From Candidatus Hadarchaeales archaeon (lineage in GTDB: Archaea; Hadarchaeota; Hadarchaeia; Hadarchaeales; Hadarchaeaceae): a stretch of 47,787 nucleotides of DNA. Numbering within the stretch: position 1 is the first letter of the stretch; every line of letters starts with the position of its first letter. Where the stretch lies: assembly GCA_038851565.1 (NCBI GenBank), contig JAWCKV010000002.1, forward strand, positions 1 through 47,787, written 5' to 3'. A model generated the notes under the pieces. It was given only the letters and a program-made list of their open reading frames with translations. It had not been told where the DNA came from and did not search any database. Shown piece after piece: positions 19,011 through 29,255 of the stretch. The translations under genes were made by a program, and so were the position numbers.

Positions 19011-19650
19011 GGAGTTTTGAAACCTTTAACACGTCGTTTGGCTTTCCCACGATCGTGACGAGATCCCCGACCTCTATCACCGTATCGCCCTTTGGAGGTA
19101 TCAGCTCGTCCCCCCTCGTTATCATTGCGAAGGTACATCCCCTCACGTTCAGGTCCTTCAGCGCCTTCCCAACCGCCTTTGACTTCGGGCCCACAGTCAC
19201 CTCCACGACTTCTCCCTTTCCGCCCCCGATTCCGAGCAGGCCATACACCCCGGTTCCGGTCACGGCCTTCTCGAAGAGCATGACGGCTGCACTCGGAAGG
19301 CTTATCGCTATGTCGACCCCCATCTCCTCAAACATCCTCGCATGTTCGTCGTCGTTCACCCTTGCTATGACCTTGGGAACGCCGAGCTTTCTTGCCAGCT
19401 CACAGGCCATGAGGTTGACCTCGTCGGCCTCGGTGAGGGCAACGAGAACGTCTGCCTTCTCCACCCCCGCGTCCTTCAGCACGTCGAGCTCGGCCCCGCT
19501 CCCGTTGATCACCAACACGTCCAGCTCGCCGGCAAGCTCATGTGCCCTCTTTTCATCCTTTTCCACGATCACCACTGTGTGGCCCCTCTGGCTCAGCCTC
19601 TCGGCGAGCTTTGAGCCGATCCTGCCCCCTCCAACTACCACCACGTACAT
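18997..19650 (-). CDS. trkA: TrkA-family K+ channel regulatory subunit (RCK N + C)
   Basis: VVGGGRIG Rossmann motif, C-terminal PKGDTVIEVGD. Confidence 0.9.
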   Translation of the reverse strand: MYVVVVGGGRIGSKLAERLSQRGHTVVIVEKDEKRAHELAGELDVLVINGSGAELDVLKDAGVEKADVLVALTEADEVNLMACELARKLGVPKVIARVNDDEHARMFEEMGVDIAISLPSAAVMLFEKAVTGTGVYGLLGIGGGKGEVVEVTVGPKSKAVGKALKDLNVRGCTFAMITRGDELIPPKGDTVIEVGDLVTIVGKPNDVLKVSKLLRGK

Positions 19651-19722
19651 CCTTCAACCATCCTTTTCCTGCACACGTCAGGCATAAATAAGTATGACGC
19701 AACGGGATAAGAGGGGACATAT

Positions 19723-20223
19723 ATGCCTCTGAGACCAGGGAGGACGTACAGGCACTTCAGCGGCCCCGCGTACACAAGAAGGGAGTTCGTGAAGGGGGTG
19801 CCGGGAATACGGGTTACCTTCTTCGACATGGGAAACCCCAAGGGAGACTTCCCGATCAGGATGTCGCTCGTGTCCTGCGAATCTGGACAGATAAGACACA
19901 ACGCGATCGAGTCAGCTAGGGTGGCGGCAAACAGGCTTCTGGAGGTAAAAGCCGGGAAGGACAACTACCATCTCAAGATACACGTGTATCCCCACCACGT
20001 GCTAAGGGAAAACCCGATGGCCATGGGAGCGGGGGCGGACAGGATATCCGAGGGCATGCGCCTTTCCTTCGGGAGGCCTATAGGCACTGCTGCCAGGGTG
20101 AAGACCGGGCAGGTGGTGTTCACGGTTAGAACCAAGCCGGAGTTCGAATCCGTGGCAAAGGAGGCCTTGAGGAGGGCGAGCCTGAAGCTGCCCCTTCCGT
20201 CGAGGATAACGGTTGGAAGCTGA
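19723..20223 (+). CDS. rpl10e: 50S ribosomal protein L10e (uL16)
   Basis: [31 protein letters not shown]. Confidence 0.97.
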   Translation: MPLRPGRTYRHFSGPAYTRREFVKGVPGIRVTFFDMGNPKGDFPIRMSLVSCESGQIRHNAIESARVAANRLLEVKAGKDNYHLKIHVYPHHVLRENPMAMGAGADRISEGMRLSFGRPIGTAARVKTGQVVFTVRTKPEFESVAKEALRRASLKLPLPSRITVGS

Positions 20224-20227
20224 ATTT

Positions 20228-21115
20228 TCAGCGTTTTCGGGAGGCGATGGCTCCCAGAATCTCGTATGCAGCCCTCGCCGCCGCGAAGGCCGTGATCCCG
20301 TTGTCATGGGGAGGCGTGAGCTCAACTATGTCAAATGCCCTCAGGTTCATTTTGCCCAGCCTTCTCAGCATTCTGAAAAGGTCCGTGGAGGAGATTCCGC
20401 CTGGCTCAGGCGTTGCCACTCCAGGGGCGCATGCTGGGTCTAGGACATCAAGGTCGAGGCTGAGGTAGAGCGGTGAATCGCCTATCTCCTTCTCGATCTC
20501 CTTCGCCACAGCCTGCGGATCGGTTAAGACCTCCTCGGAGGTGTACACCTTTGGATAGTCGCCCCTGAATGCTTCATCCTCCTCCTTGGAGCAGGATCTG
20601 ATGCCGACCTGAATCAACCTCTCCGGGGGGAGGAAATCCAGTATCCTCCTCATAACGCTCGCGTGGCAGAGCCTGTCCCCCATGTATTCTTCCCTCAGAT
20701 CCCTGTGGGCGTCAAGCTGCAGCATGAACGAGTCCCCGACGGCCTTCATGCAGAAGTAGGTGATCGTGTGTTCTCCTCCGAGCACAGCCGGGATTTTTTC
20801 CGAGGAGAGGATCTTCCTCAAAACGCGCACGATCCTTTCCTCCGTAACTGTGAGGTCAGTAGGAACAACTAGGATGTCTCCTATATCGGAGATGTGTAGC
20901 CTTTCAAAGACATCCAGTTTAAGGAAGGGAAGATAAGTTTCCAGGTTGGCTGAGGCTTCCCTTATCTTGGCCGGGGCGAATCTGGACCCCGACCTGTAGC
21001 TGGATGTCACGTCTAGTGGCGTTCCGACAAAAACCACCTCTGCTGACTCATAGGGCTCGTCAAAGCCCCCGAATCCGGGCTTGACCGGCACAACGTGATC
21101 GAAGTCCATCTTCAT
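20228..21115 (-). CDS. speB: Agmatinase (ureohydrolase)
   Basis: GGEHTIT, DAHRD, DLDVLDP metal motifs. Confidence 0.9.
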   Translation of the reverse strand: MKMDFDHVVPVKPGFGGFDEPYESAEVVFVGTPLDVTSSYRSGSRFAPAKIREASANLETYLPFLKLDVFERLHISDIGDILVVPTDLTVTEERIVRVLRKILSSEKIPAVLGGEHTITYFCMKAVGDSFMLQLDAHRDLREEYMGDRLCHASVMRRILDFLPPERLIQVGIRSCSKEEDEAFRGDYPKVYTSEEVLTDPQAVAKEIEKEIGDSPLYLSLDLDVLDPACAPGVATPEPGGISSTDLFRMLRRLGKMNLRAFDIVELTPPHDNGITAFAAARAAYEILGAIASRKR

Positions 21116-21207
21116 CCCATCCTCAGCTTGGAGCCAGTTTTATCTGGCGTTCAAAAACTTTAAAAGCATCTACATAGTTAAATCCTAAAGTCAAAGGACG
21201 GGAAAGT

Positions 21208-23871
21208 ATGAGCAAGAATCTTTATTTCTTCGACGAGGGGGATGGAAAGGACAAGAGGCTCCTGGGCGGCAAGGGTGCGGGACTCTGTACGATGACCCAG
21301 CTTGGCCTCCCTGTTCCTCCTGGTTTCGTGATCACGACCGAGGTGTGCAAGAAATATTATGAGGCCGGAATGAGGCTTCCTGACGGCCTGATGGATGAGG
21401 TAAAGGAGGCCATGAGGAGGCTGGAAAGGATCACGGGAAAGTCGTTTGGAGATCCGAAGAATCCGCTCCTCATCTCTATAAGGTCTGGCTCGATGCTGTC
21501 GATGCCAGGCATGATGGACACCATACTCAACCTCGGGCTAAACGACGAGACCGTGATGGGCCTGGCGGAGCTGACGAAGAACGAGCGCTTCGCACAGGAT
21601 GCTTACCGAAGGTTCATCCAGATGTTCGGCAAAATCGTGCTGGGGATTGATGGCAAGAAGTTCGATGAGATATTCGAAAAGCACAAGGAGCATGTGGGAG
21701 CCAAGGTTGATACCGATCTCACGGCAGATGACCTCAAGCAGATAGTGAGGAAGTTCAAGGAGCTCGTTGAAAGGGAGACAGGAGCCGGATTTCCGTCCGA
21801 CCCCTACAGGCAGCTGGAGCTTGCCATTCAGGCGGTTTTCAGGTCATGGAACAACAAGAGGGCGATTGAATACAGGAACTACTACAGGATACCCCATGAT
21901 CTCGGCACGGCCGTGAACGTGGTGACGATGGTTTTTGGCAACATGGGTGAGGATTCCGGAACCGGAGTGGCGTTCACCAGAGATCCGGCAACCGGTGAAA
22001 AGCACCTATACGGCGAGTTCCTCTTTAATGCCCAGGGAGAGGATGTAGTCGCCGGCATAAGGACCCCGCTCAAGATAGAGGAGCTGAAGCAGAGGTTTCC
22101 CGAGCTCTATCGCCAGCTCCTCGACATCGCCGAGAGGCTCGAGAGATATTACCGAGACATGCAGGACACCGAGTTCACAGTAGAGCGCGGAAAGCTGTAC
22201 ATGTTGCAGACGAGGGCAGGGAAACGAACGGCTATCGCCGCCGTGAAGATAGCCGTTGACATGGCGGAGGAGGGGCTCATAACCAAGCAGGAGGCGATAA
22301 TGCGGGTCGAGCCTGCTCAGGTTGAGCAGCTTCTTCACAAGCAGGTTGACCCGAAGGCAAAGGTTAAAGTGATAGCAAAGGGCCTGAATGCGAGCCCGGG
22401 CGCCGCAATAGGCAAGGCGGTCTTCGATGCCGAAAGGGCCAAGGAGATGAAGGAGGGGGGAGAGAGGGTCATACTCGTACGCCCTGAGACAAATCCAGAT
22501 GATGTTGGCGGAATAATTGCCTCCCAGGGCGTGTTGACCTCAAGGGGTGGTGCCACTTCCCATGCCTCTGTCGTTGCGCGTGGGCTTGGAAAGCCGGCCG
22601 TGGTCGGGTGTGAGGCCCTCAAGATAGACCTGGAGCAGAGGCTGTTCAGGGTTGGTGACGTCACTGTGAGGGAAGGTGATTTGATAACGATTAACGGAAC
22701 AACTGGAGACGTGATACTCGGCGAGGCTCCCCTCATAGAGCCACAGATGTCAGGCGAGCTGAAGAAGCTGCTGGAGTGGGCTGACAGCTTTAAACGGCTG
22801 CAGAACTGGGCAAACGCCGATTACCCGCGGGATGCCAAGATAGCGAGGGAGTTCGGCGCCCAGGGCATTGGGCTGTGCAGAACCGAGCACATGTTCTTCG
22901 AAAAGGACAGACTTCCGCTGGTGAGGGAGATGATACTCGCGAGGACCAGGGAGGAGCGCATGGTTCCGCTCGAGAAGCTTCAGAGGATTCAAAAGGAAGA
23001 CTTCAAGGAGATACTCAGGGTGATGAACGGGCTGCCTGTTGTGATCCGCCTGCTCGATCCCCCGCTTCACGAATTCCTGCCGAGGTACGAGGAGCTCCTG
23101 CAGGAGGTGATAATGCACAGGATGAGCGGAGAGAAGCCTGAGGAGATGGCAGCCGCCGAAAACCTGTTGAAGAGAGTTGAGGAGATGAGGGAGGCCAACC
23201 CGATGCTCGGCCTCCGCGGCTGCAGGCTCGGGATCACGCATCCCGAAATAAACGAGATGCAGGTCAGGGCAATATTCGAGGCGGCATGCGAGCTGAAGAA
23301 AGAGGGACTGGACCCCAGGCCTGAGATCATGATACCGCTTGTGGGCCACGTGAATGAGCTCAAGATCGTAAGGGGACAGCTGGAGAAGGTGGCGAGGGAG
23401 GTCATGGAGAGGTACGGCGTCGAGGTTCCATACAAGTTCGGAACGATGATCGAGGTGCCCAGGGCTGCGTTGACGGCAGATGAGATAGCGGAGTACGCCG
23501 AATTCTTCTCCTTCGGAACCAACGATCTCACGCAGATGACGTATGCTTATTCTAGGGACGACGCGGAGGGCAAGTTCCTGTTCAAGTACATCGAGGAGGG
23601 GATTCTCGAGTTCGATCCATTCCAGACCCTGGACCAGAAAGGGGTCGGAAAGTTGATGAGGATCGCGGTTGAACTCGGCAGGAGCAAGAGGCCAGACCTG
23701 AAAGTGGGCATATGCGGTGAGCATGGCGGGGATCCGGCATCCATAGAGTTCTGCCATCAGCTTGGGCTGAATTATGTATCGTGCTCTCCATTCAGGATCC
23801 CTGTGGCCAGACTCGCATCGGCAAGGAGTGCCCTGAAGCCCTCCGAAACCGAAAAGATGAAATACCTGTAA
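21208..23871 (+). CDS. ppdK: Pyruvate, phosphate dikinase
   Basis: LGGKGA, SMPGMMDT, GGATSHA phospho-His, GLCRTEHMF, FGTNDLTQ, GICGEHGG. Confidence 0.97.
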   Translation: MSKNLYFFDEGDGKDKRLLGGKGAGLCTMTQLGLPVPPGFVITTEVCKKYYEAGMRLPDGLMDEVKEAMRRLERITGKSFGDPKNPLLISIRSGSMLSMPGMMDTILNLGLNDETVMGLAELTKNERFAQDAYRRFIQMFGKIVLGIDGKKFDEIFEKHKEHVGAKVDTDLTADDLKQIVRKFKELVERETGAGFPSDPYRQLELAIQAVFRSWNNKRAIEYRNYYRIPHDLGTAVNVVTMVFGNMGEDSGTGVAFTRDPATGEKHLYGEFLFNAQGEDVVAGIRTPLKIEELKQRFPELYRQLLDIAERLERYYRDMQDTEFTVERGKLYMLQTRAGKRTAIAAVKIAVDMAEEGLITKQEAIMRVEPAQVEQLLHKQVDPKAKVKVIAKGLNASPGAAIGKAVFDAERAKEMKEGGERVILVRPETNPDDVGGIIASQGVLTSRGGATSHASVVARGLGKPAVVGCEALKIDLEQRLFRVGDVTVREGDLITINGTTGDVILGEAPLIEPQMSGELKKLLEWADSFKRLQNWANADYPRDAKIAREFGAQGIGLCRTEHMFFEKDRLPLVREMILARTREERMVPLEKLQRIQKEDFKEILRVMNGLPVVIRLLDPPLHEFLPRYEELLQEVIMHRMSGEKPEEMAAAENLLKRVEEMREANPMLGLRGCRLGITHPEINEMQVRAIFEAACELKKEGLDPRPEIMIPLVGHVNELKIVRGQLEKVAREVMERYGVEVPYKFGTMIEVPRAALTADEIAEYAEFFSFGTNDLTQMTYAYSRDDAEGKFLFKYIEEGILEFDPFQTLDQKGVGKLMRIAVELGRSKRPDLKVGICGEHGGDPASIEFCHQLGLNYVSCSPFRIPVARLASARSALKPSETEKMKYL

Positions 23872-23891
23872 TTCTTTTTTCCATCGGTGTA

Positions 23892-25016
23892 ATGCCGAGA
23901 AAAACCACGATCTCGGTCATAAAGTGCGATGTCGGTTCGCTGGCCGGGCACTGTACGGTTCCTGGACCGCTGAAGTCGATAGCTGAAAAGAACCTGAAGA
24001 GGGCCGAGGAATCCGGGTTGATAAACAGTTACTACGTTTTCAATGCCGGCGATGATCTGGAGCTGCTGATGACGCACAGCCGGGGGGAGAATGATAAGGA
24101 GATTCACACACTTGCATGGGACACGTTCATGGAGGCCGCTGAAAGGGCAAAGCAGCTGAAGCTGTACGGTGCGGGACAGGATCTGCTGAAAACCGCGTTC
24201 AGCGGAAATGTGAGGGGACTCGGGCCAGGGGTGGCCGAGATGGAGATCGAAGAGAGAAAGTCTGAGCCCATCATGGTTTTGGCTGCCGACAAGACCGAGC
24301 CCGGCGCATTTAACTTTCCCCTCTTCAAGATATTTGCCGATCCCTTCAACACCGCGGGGCTTGTAATAGACCCGCAGATGGCCGGAGGTTTCAAGTTCGA
24401 GGTGTTTGATGTCATCGAAAACATGAAGGTGGTCCTGAAGACTCCCGAGGAAATGTATGAGCTCATCGCACTCATCGGAACACCGGGAAGATACATAGTA
24501 TCCCACGTGTGGAGGGCAAGTGATGACCTTTTGGCAGCGGCCACGAGCACCACCAGGCTTTCCCTGATAGCTGGCAAGTACGTTGGAAAAGACGATCCCG
24601 TGTGCGTGCTGAGGCTGCAGCACGGACTTCCTGCTCTTGGAGAGGCCCTTGCGCCGTTCATGCACTCCTATTTTGTGGAGGGATGGATGCGCGGCAGTCA
24701 TTGGGGGCCAATCATGCCGGTGGGCCTGAAGGACTCCAGATGCACTGCGTTTGACGGACCTCCGAGGTTGGTGGGCCTGGGCTTTCAGCTGTGCGATGGA
24801 AAGATAGCGGCGGATGACGATGGGAAGCCTATGATAGTCGATCTCTTTGAGGATCCCGCTTTCGACCTTGCCAGAAGGGAAGCCGTGGAATACGCGGCCG
24901 TGTTAAGGCGCATGGGTGAGTTCGAGCCCGCTAGGTTGGGAATGGAGGCTATGGAGTACACTACTCTACCAAACGTGCTCGAGAAGCTGAAGGACAGGTT
25001 GAAGAAGTGCGATTAG
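23892..25016 (+). CDS. fbp: Bifunctional fructose-1,6-bisphosphate aldolase/phosphatase (class V)
   Basis: IKCDVG, GDD, YGAGQDLL, DKTEPG, YVGKDDP, GWMRGSH, EYTT. Confidence 0.95.
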   Translation: MPRKTTISVIKCDVGSLAGHCTVPGPLKSIAEKNLKRAEESGLINSYYVFNAGDDLELLMTHSRGENDKEIHTLAWDTFMEAAERAKQLKLYGAGQDLLKTAFSGNVRGLGPGVAEMEIEERKSEPIMVLAADKTEPGAFNFPLFKIFADPFNTAGLVIDPQMAGGFKFEVFDVIENMKVVLKTPEEMYELIALIGTPGRYIVSHVWRASDDLLAAATSTTRLSLIAGKYVGKDDPVCVLRLQHGLPALGEALAPFMHSYFVEGWMRGSHWGPIMPVGLKDSRCTAFDGPPRLVGLGFQLCDGKIAADDDGKPMIVDLFEDPAFDLARREAVEYAAVLRRMGEFEPARLGMEAMEYTTLPNVLEKLKDRLKKCD

Positions 25017-25026
25017 ACCCCACTGA

Positions 25027-25929
25027 TCAGAGGTCCTCCTTTGTAAGCATCTTTATTCCCTCGGCCAGCTCCACGCTTGGCGCATAGCCGAGGAGCTTTT
25101 TTGCTTTTGTGAGATCCGCCTGCGTGTGAAAAACGTAGTTCTTGACTGGATTCTCCCTGTATGTGGGCTTGATCGATTTTCCCAATAGTTCGTTTATAAG
25201 CCCTACAACCTGGTTGAACGTGGTTCTCTTTCCCGTGCCGACATTTACGACCTCGCAGCTCAGATCTGATTTTGCTGCGGCGATGCATGCCCTGACGACG
25301 TCTGAAACGTGCACAAAATCCCTTGACTGACCCCCGTCGCCGTATATGACCGGGGGCTTATTCTCCCTGATGGACCATAGGAACTGTGAGACGACGTTCG
25401 CATAGGTTCCCTTCGCGCGTTCATGTGGACCATAGACGGAGAAAAACCTCATGCCCACCGATCTGACGCCGTAAAGCTCGTGGTACATCCTGGCGAGCCG
25501 CTCCATGGCGATGCGGGCCTCTGTGTAGTAGTCGAAGGGCTTGCAGCTCATGTCCTCGCGCTGAGGCATCGGACAGCCGGCGTAAAGGCTTGAGGTGGAG
25601 GCATACACGAGGATGCAGGACTCCCTTTTTGCCAGCTCGAGCACATCTATGAACTCGTTTATCGCCTCACCCACCAGGTGCGGGTTTTTTCTGTACATCG
25701 GGGAGCTGGATGGTATGCCCAGGTGAAATATGGCATCAGCTTTAAGCTTTAGCCTGTGTATCCCCGCGCACGACCTTTTTATTATCCTAACCTTCTTCCG
25801 GACCGCACGCAGATTTTCGAGGGAACCCGTGGAGAGGTTGTCGATGACGGTCACCTCCTCATTTCTTCTGACAAGCTCCTCCACCAAATTGGAGCCTATG
25901 AACCCCGCCCCTCCTGTGACAAGTATCAT
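25027..25929 (-). CDS. NAD-dependent nucleotide-sugar epimerase/dehydratase
   Basis: TGGAGFIG, RFFSVYGP, GDGGQSRDFVHV; catalytic motif reads YTEAR. Confidence 0.9.
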   Translation of the reverse strand: MILVTGGAGFIGSNLVEELVRRNEEVTVIDNLSTGSLENLRAVRKKVRIIKRSCAGIHRLKLKADAIFHLGIPSSSPMYRKNPHLVGEAINEFIDVLELAKRESCILVYASTSSLYAGCPMPQREDMSCKPFDYYTEARIAMERLARMYHELYGVRSVGMRFFSVYGPHERAKGTYANVVSQFLWSIRENKPPVIYGDGGQSRDFVHVSDVVRACIAAAKSDLSCEVVNVGTGKRTTFNQVVGLINELLGKSIKPTYRENPVKNYVFHTQADLTKAKKLLGYAPSVELAEGIKMLTKEDL

Positions 25930-25986
25930 TATCCACCCCAAATTCCTTTTATTCCAAGTATTTTACATTATCCACGGAGGGCGAGT

Positions 25987-27417
25987 CTGTCTAACATCGT
26001 GCTGATCAGTCCCAATTCCGGGAGAGACGAGAGGATAGAGAGCGAGGGGGCATGGCCGCCTCTGGGACTGGCGTACATGGGGACTGTGCTTGAGAGGGCC
26101 GGACATGAGGTCAGGATAATAGACAACGCAAGGGCTCAGCTCCCGGATGAAAAGTTGATAGATCTGGTCAGGGGCGAATCTCCGAACATAGTTGGAATAA
26201 GCGCCCTGACACCCACTTTCAGACGTGCCCTCACGATAGCCTCGGCGGTCAAGAAGGCATGTCCTGATTCAAAGGTGGTGTTGGGGAACTATCACGCAAC
26301 TTTCGAGCACGAAAGGATCCTGAGAAATTGCGGGTTTGTGGATTTCGTGGTCCTTGGTGAGGGGGAGATGACCATGCTCGAGCTGGCGAATGTCCTTGAT
26401 AACGGGGGAAGGGTGAGGGATGTGAGGGGGATATCCTTCAGGGCAAATGGAGAGATAGTCAGAACAAAACCCCGCCCTCCCATTCAGAACCTCGATGAGC
26501 TGCCGTTCCCCGATAGGAAGATGCTCAAGGAGGAGTATTTCTCGGAGGTGATTGGCATGAGGACGTCCGCGGGAAGGTTTACTACAATGGTGACCTCCCG
26601 GGGCTGTCCCTACGGGTGCAGGTATTGTGCCTGCTCCGCGTTCACGTCCAGAACCGTGAGGTTCCGATCTCCGGAGAACGTGGTGGAGGAGATGGAGCTG
26701 CTCTGGAGCGAGGGTTACGAGGATGTGGGGTTTGTGGATGACAACTTTCTCATGAATCCCAGGAGGGTGGAGAGGATATGTGAGCTCATCAGGGAGAGAA
26801 AAATAAGGATGAACCTGTGGGTGGAGGGCAGAACCGATCAGGCGTCCCTTGAAACGATGAGGCGCCTGGCCAGGGCCGGATGCAGGGCAATTTACTTCGG
26901 CATTGAGAGCGGAAATGAGCACGTTTTGAAATACTATGGAAAGAGCATAACTCCGGAGATCAGCAGAAGGGCGGTGTCCAATGCCAGGAGGGCGAGAATT
27001 GACACGGTCATAGGCTCATTTATTGTGGGCGCGCCGATAGAGACGAGAGCGGATGTTAGAAAAACCCTCGATTTTGCACTGAGCCTAAAGGACATGGATT
27101 TTCCGCAGATGAACGTGCTCTATCTCTCTCCTGGCATGGACCTGTGGAAGGATGCGATTGAAAGGAGGTATCTGTCCGAGGAGAAATTTTGGGACACCGC
27201 TGTGCCAGCCGTTGAAGCATATCCGTCCCATTTGACCCTGGAAGAGCTGGAGGAAATGATCGGTGAGTTTTACTCCGAGTTCATAGGGAGAAAGTCATAC
27301 CTTGTTCACCAGTTCCTAAAGACGCTGAGGAGCAGGTGGAGGCTGGGGGCTCTGGCAAGGAACATAGTTGAGGGAAGAAGATTTAGGGAGGCTCTGAGAC
27401 ATCTGAGAGGGGACTAA
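25987..27417 (+). CDS. Cobalamin-binding radical SAM protein
   Basis: PPLGLAY B12-binding domain, SRGCPYGCRYC CxxxCxxC, DDNF, FGIESG; probable CTG start 6 nt after GGAGG. Confidence 0.9.
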   Translation: MSNIVLISPNSGRDERIESEGAWPPLGLAYMGTVLERAGHEVRIIDNARAQLPDEKLIDLVRGESPNIVGISALTPTFRRALTIASAVKKACPDSKVVLGNYHATFEHERILRNCGFVDFVVLGEGEMTMLELANVLDNGGRVRDVRGISFRANGEIVRTKPRPPIQNLDELPFPDRKMLKEEYFSEVIGMRTSAGRFTTMVTSRGCPYGCRYCACSAFTSRTVRFRSPENVVEEMELLWSEGYEDVGFVDDNFLMNPRRVERICELIRERKIRMNLWVEGRTDQASLETMRRLARAGCRAIYFGIESGNEHVLKYYGKSITPEISRRAVSNARRARIDTVIGSFIVGAPIETRADVRKTLDFALSLKDMDFPQMNVLYLSPGMDLWKDAIERRYLSEEKFWDTAVPAVEAYPSHLTLEELEEMIGEFYSEFIGRKSYLVHQFLKTLRSRWRLGALARNIVEGRRFREALRHLRGD

Positions 27418-27421
27418 CGGG

Positions 27422-28525
27422 ATGAGGATAGGCTTCTTTACGGACACTTTCCTTCCTCAGACCAACGGAGTTGTGACCGCTATCATCAGCACAGGTTCTG
27501 AGCTCGTCAGAAGGGGCCACGAGGTCACGGTCTTCTGTCCTAGGACAAACGTGAAGGAGCTGAACGGAATGAGGATATTTTCATATCCAGCGGTGAAGTT
27601 CAGGCCGTACCCAGACTTCATGATAGCAATTCCTCAGGGAAGGGATCGCGTCCCGGAGCTGGACGTGGTCCACACTCATTCCCCGTTCACAATGGGATTC
27701 TTTGGGTGGAGGGTTTCCAGATGGCAGGGGATTCCAAGGATCGCGACTTTTCACACGCTTCTTTCCGAGTACTCAAGGTACGTGAGCAGGGTTGGAAAGG
27801 CGGTCTTGCGGCCGGTCACCTGGGAGTTCTGCAGGGTATACTACAACAGACACAGGCGGATAATAGCGCCAAGCAGGGTGCTCAAGGACGTTCTCCGCGA
27901 GCACCGCATAAAGAGGCCCATATCCGTGATTCCCTCGGGGATAGACCTCTCCATCTACAGGCCCATTGGCAAGAAGAAGTCGAGAAAAAAGCTTGGTCTT
28001 CCGGCTGGGGATCGCGTGTTTCTCAGCCTGGGGAGGCTCGGATACGAGAAGAAGGTGGACGTGATAATAAAGGCATTTGAGAAAGTTGAGGGAAAACTCA
28101 TAATTGCTGGCAGGGGCCCCGCTGGAAAAAAATTGAGAAAGTTGAGGGACAGGCTTGGCCTTAGAAAAAAGATAAAGTTCGTCGGGCACGTTCCGGAGGA
28201 GCTCAAACCCCTCTATTACTCCGCGGCAGATGCTTTTTTGATAGCCTCTTGCTCAGAGACTCAGGGGTTGGTAATGGTGGAGGCCATGGCTTGCAGATGT
28301 CCGGTCATCGGAGCAGATGCCCTGGCCATTTCTGAGGTTGTGGAGGACGGCAGAAACGGTTTTTTGTTCAGACCGAATGATCCGGCGGATCTCGGCCGTA
28401 TTCTAAACTCGTTTGAGCCCTCCAGGAGGATGTCGAGCGAGGCCGTGAAAACGGGAAGAAAATACTCTGTGAGAGAGTGCGTGAGGGAGCTGGAGGCGGT
28501 TTACGAGGGCCTTGTCACTCCCTGA
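27422..28525 (+). CDS. Glycosyltransferase family 4
   Basis: FTDTFLPQTNGV, GRLGYEK, ETQGLVMVEAMA. Confidence 0.92.
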   Translation: MRIGFFTDTFLPQTNGVVTAIISTGSELVRRGHEVTVFCPRTNVKELNGMRIFSYPAVKFRPYPDFMIAIPQGRDRVPELDVVHTHSPFTMGFFGWRVSRWQGIPRIATFHTLLSEYSRYVSRVGKAVLRPVTWEFCRVYYNRHRRIIAPSRVLKDVLREHRIKRPISVIPSGIDLSIYRPIGKKKSRKKLGLPAGDRVFLSLGRLGYEKKVDVIIKAFEKVEGKLIIAGRGPAGKKLRKLRDRLGLRKKIKFVGHVPEELKPLYYSAADAFLIASCSETQGLVMVEAMACRCPVIGADALAISEVVEDGRNGFLFRPNDPADLGRILNSFEPSRRMSSEAVKTGRKYSVRECVRELEAVYEGLVTP

Positions 28526-29255
28526 CCGGCTCGTAGTACTTGACCTTCTTTCCAACGAAGTAGTCGTAGGTCACCCTCCCCCAGTCCAGTATGAGCCTTC
28601 CGAGTCCCATCTTTCGCAGTCTTCTCCTTGACGTTTTCACCACAACTTCCCTCAGAAATGAAACCCTGCCCTTCTTCGATATCCTTTTGCATAGGTCGAA
28701 GTCCTCAGAGGCCACCATCGTCTCGTCAAAGCCGTTTACTTCCATGAAGGGCCTTCTCTTGTAGGCAACGCAGGTGCCCGCTATGTTGGGATGGCCTATT
28801 AAAAAAGAGATCATTATCAGAAGGTTGAAGAAATAGAAGACTGTCTCCTCCAGAAGGTTGGTCCCGGATGGCATGATCAGCCCCCCTGCTCCGACTATCT
28901 TCGGGTCCTTCAGGACCTCTATTGCCCTGTCCACGAAGAGCCTGTTTATCATCGTGTCGGCGTCCAGAAATATCAATATATCTCCAGAAGAGACCTTCGC
29001 CCCCCTGTTTCTCGCTCTCCCCACGTTTCCCTTCCCGGAGCATATCTTGGCGTATTTCTTCGCGATCTCAAGAGTGCGATCGGTGGATCCTCCGTCGGAC
29101 ACTATTACCTCAGCCTCGGGCACGACCCTCCTAGCATTTATCAGGGTTTCCTCTATGAATTTTTCCTCGTTGAGCGTCGGTATGATTATGCTTATCTTGA
29201 ACTTTGGGGAGAGCGGGTAGTACGGCTCATCTCCTTTTTCTGAGGAACGCTTCAT
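28515..29255 (-). CDS. Glycosyltransferase family 2
   Basis: SIIIPTLNEE, DGGSTD, FLDAD, SEDFD; start uncertain. Confidence 0.9.
   Translation of the reverse strand: MKRSSEKGDEPYYPLSPKFKISIIIPTLNEEKFIEETLINARRVVPEAEVIVSDGGSTDRTLEIAKKYAKICSGKGNVGRARNRGAKVSSGDILIFLDADTMINRLFVDRAIEVLKDPKIVGAGGLIMPSGTNLLEETVFYFFNLLIMISFLIGHPNIAGTCVAYKRRPFMEVNGFDETMVASEDFDLCKRISKKGRVSFLREVVVKTSRRRLRKMGLGRLILDWGRVTYDYFVGKKVKYYEPVRE

Noticed and set aside
22750-24701. Long minus-strand ORFs (335 aa and 309 aa) and similar shadow ORFs across the window
   Set aside because: Antisense to well-conserved genes such as ppdK and fbp, with no motifs; expected from codon bias
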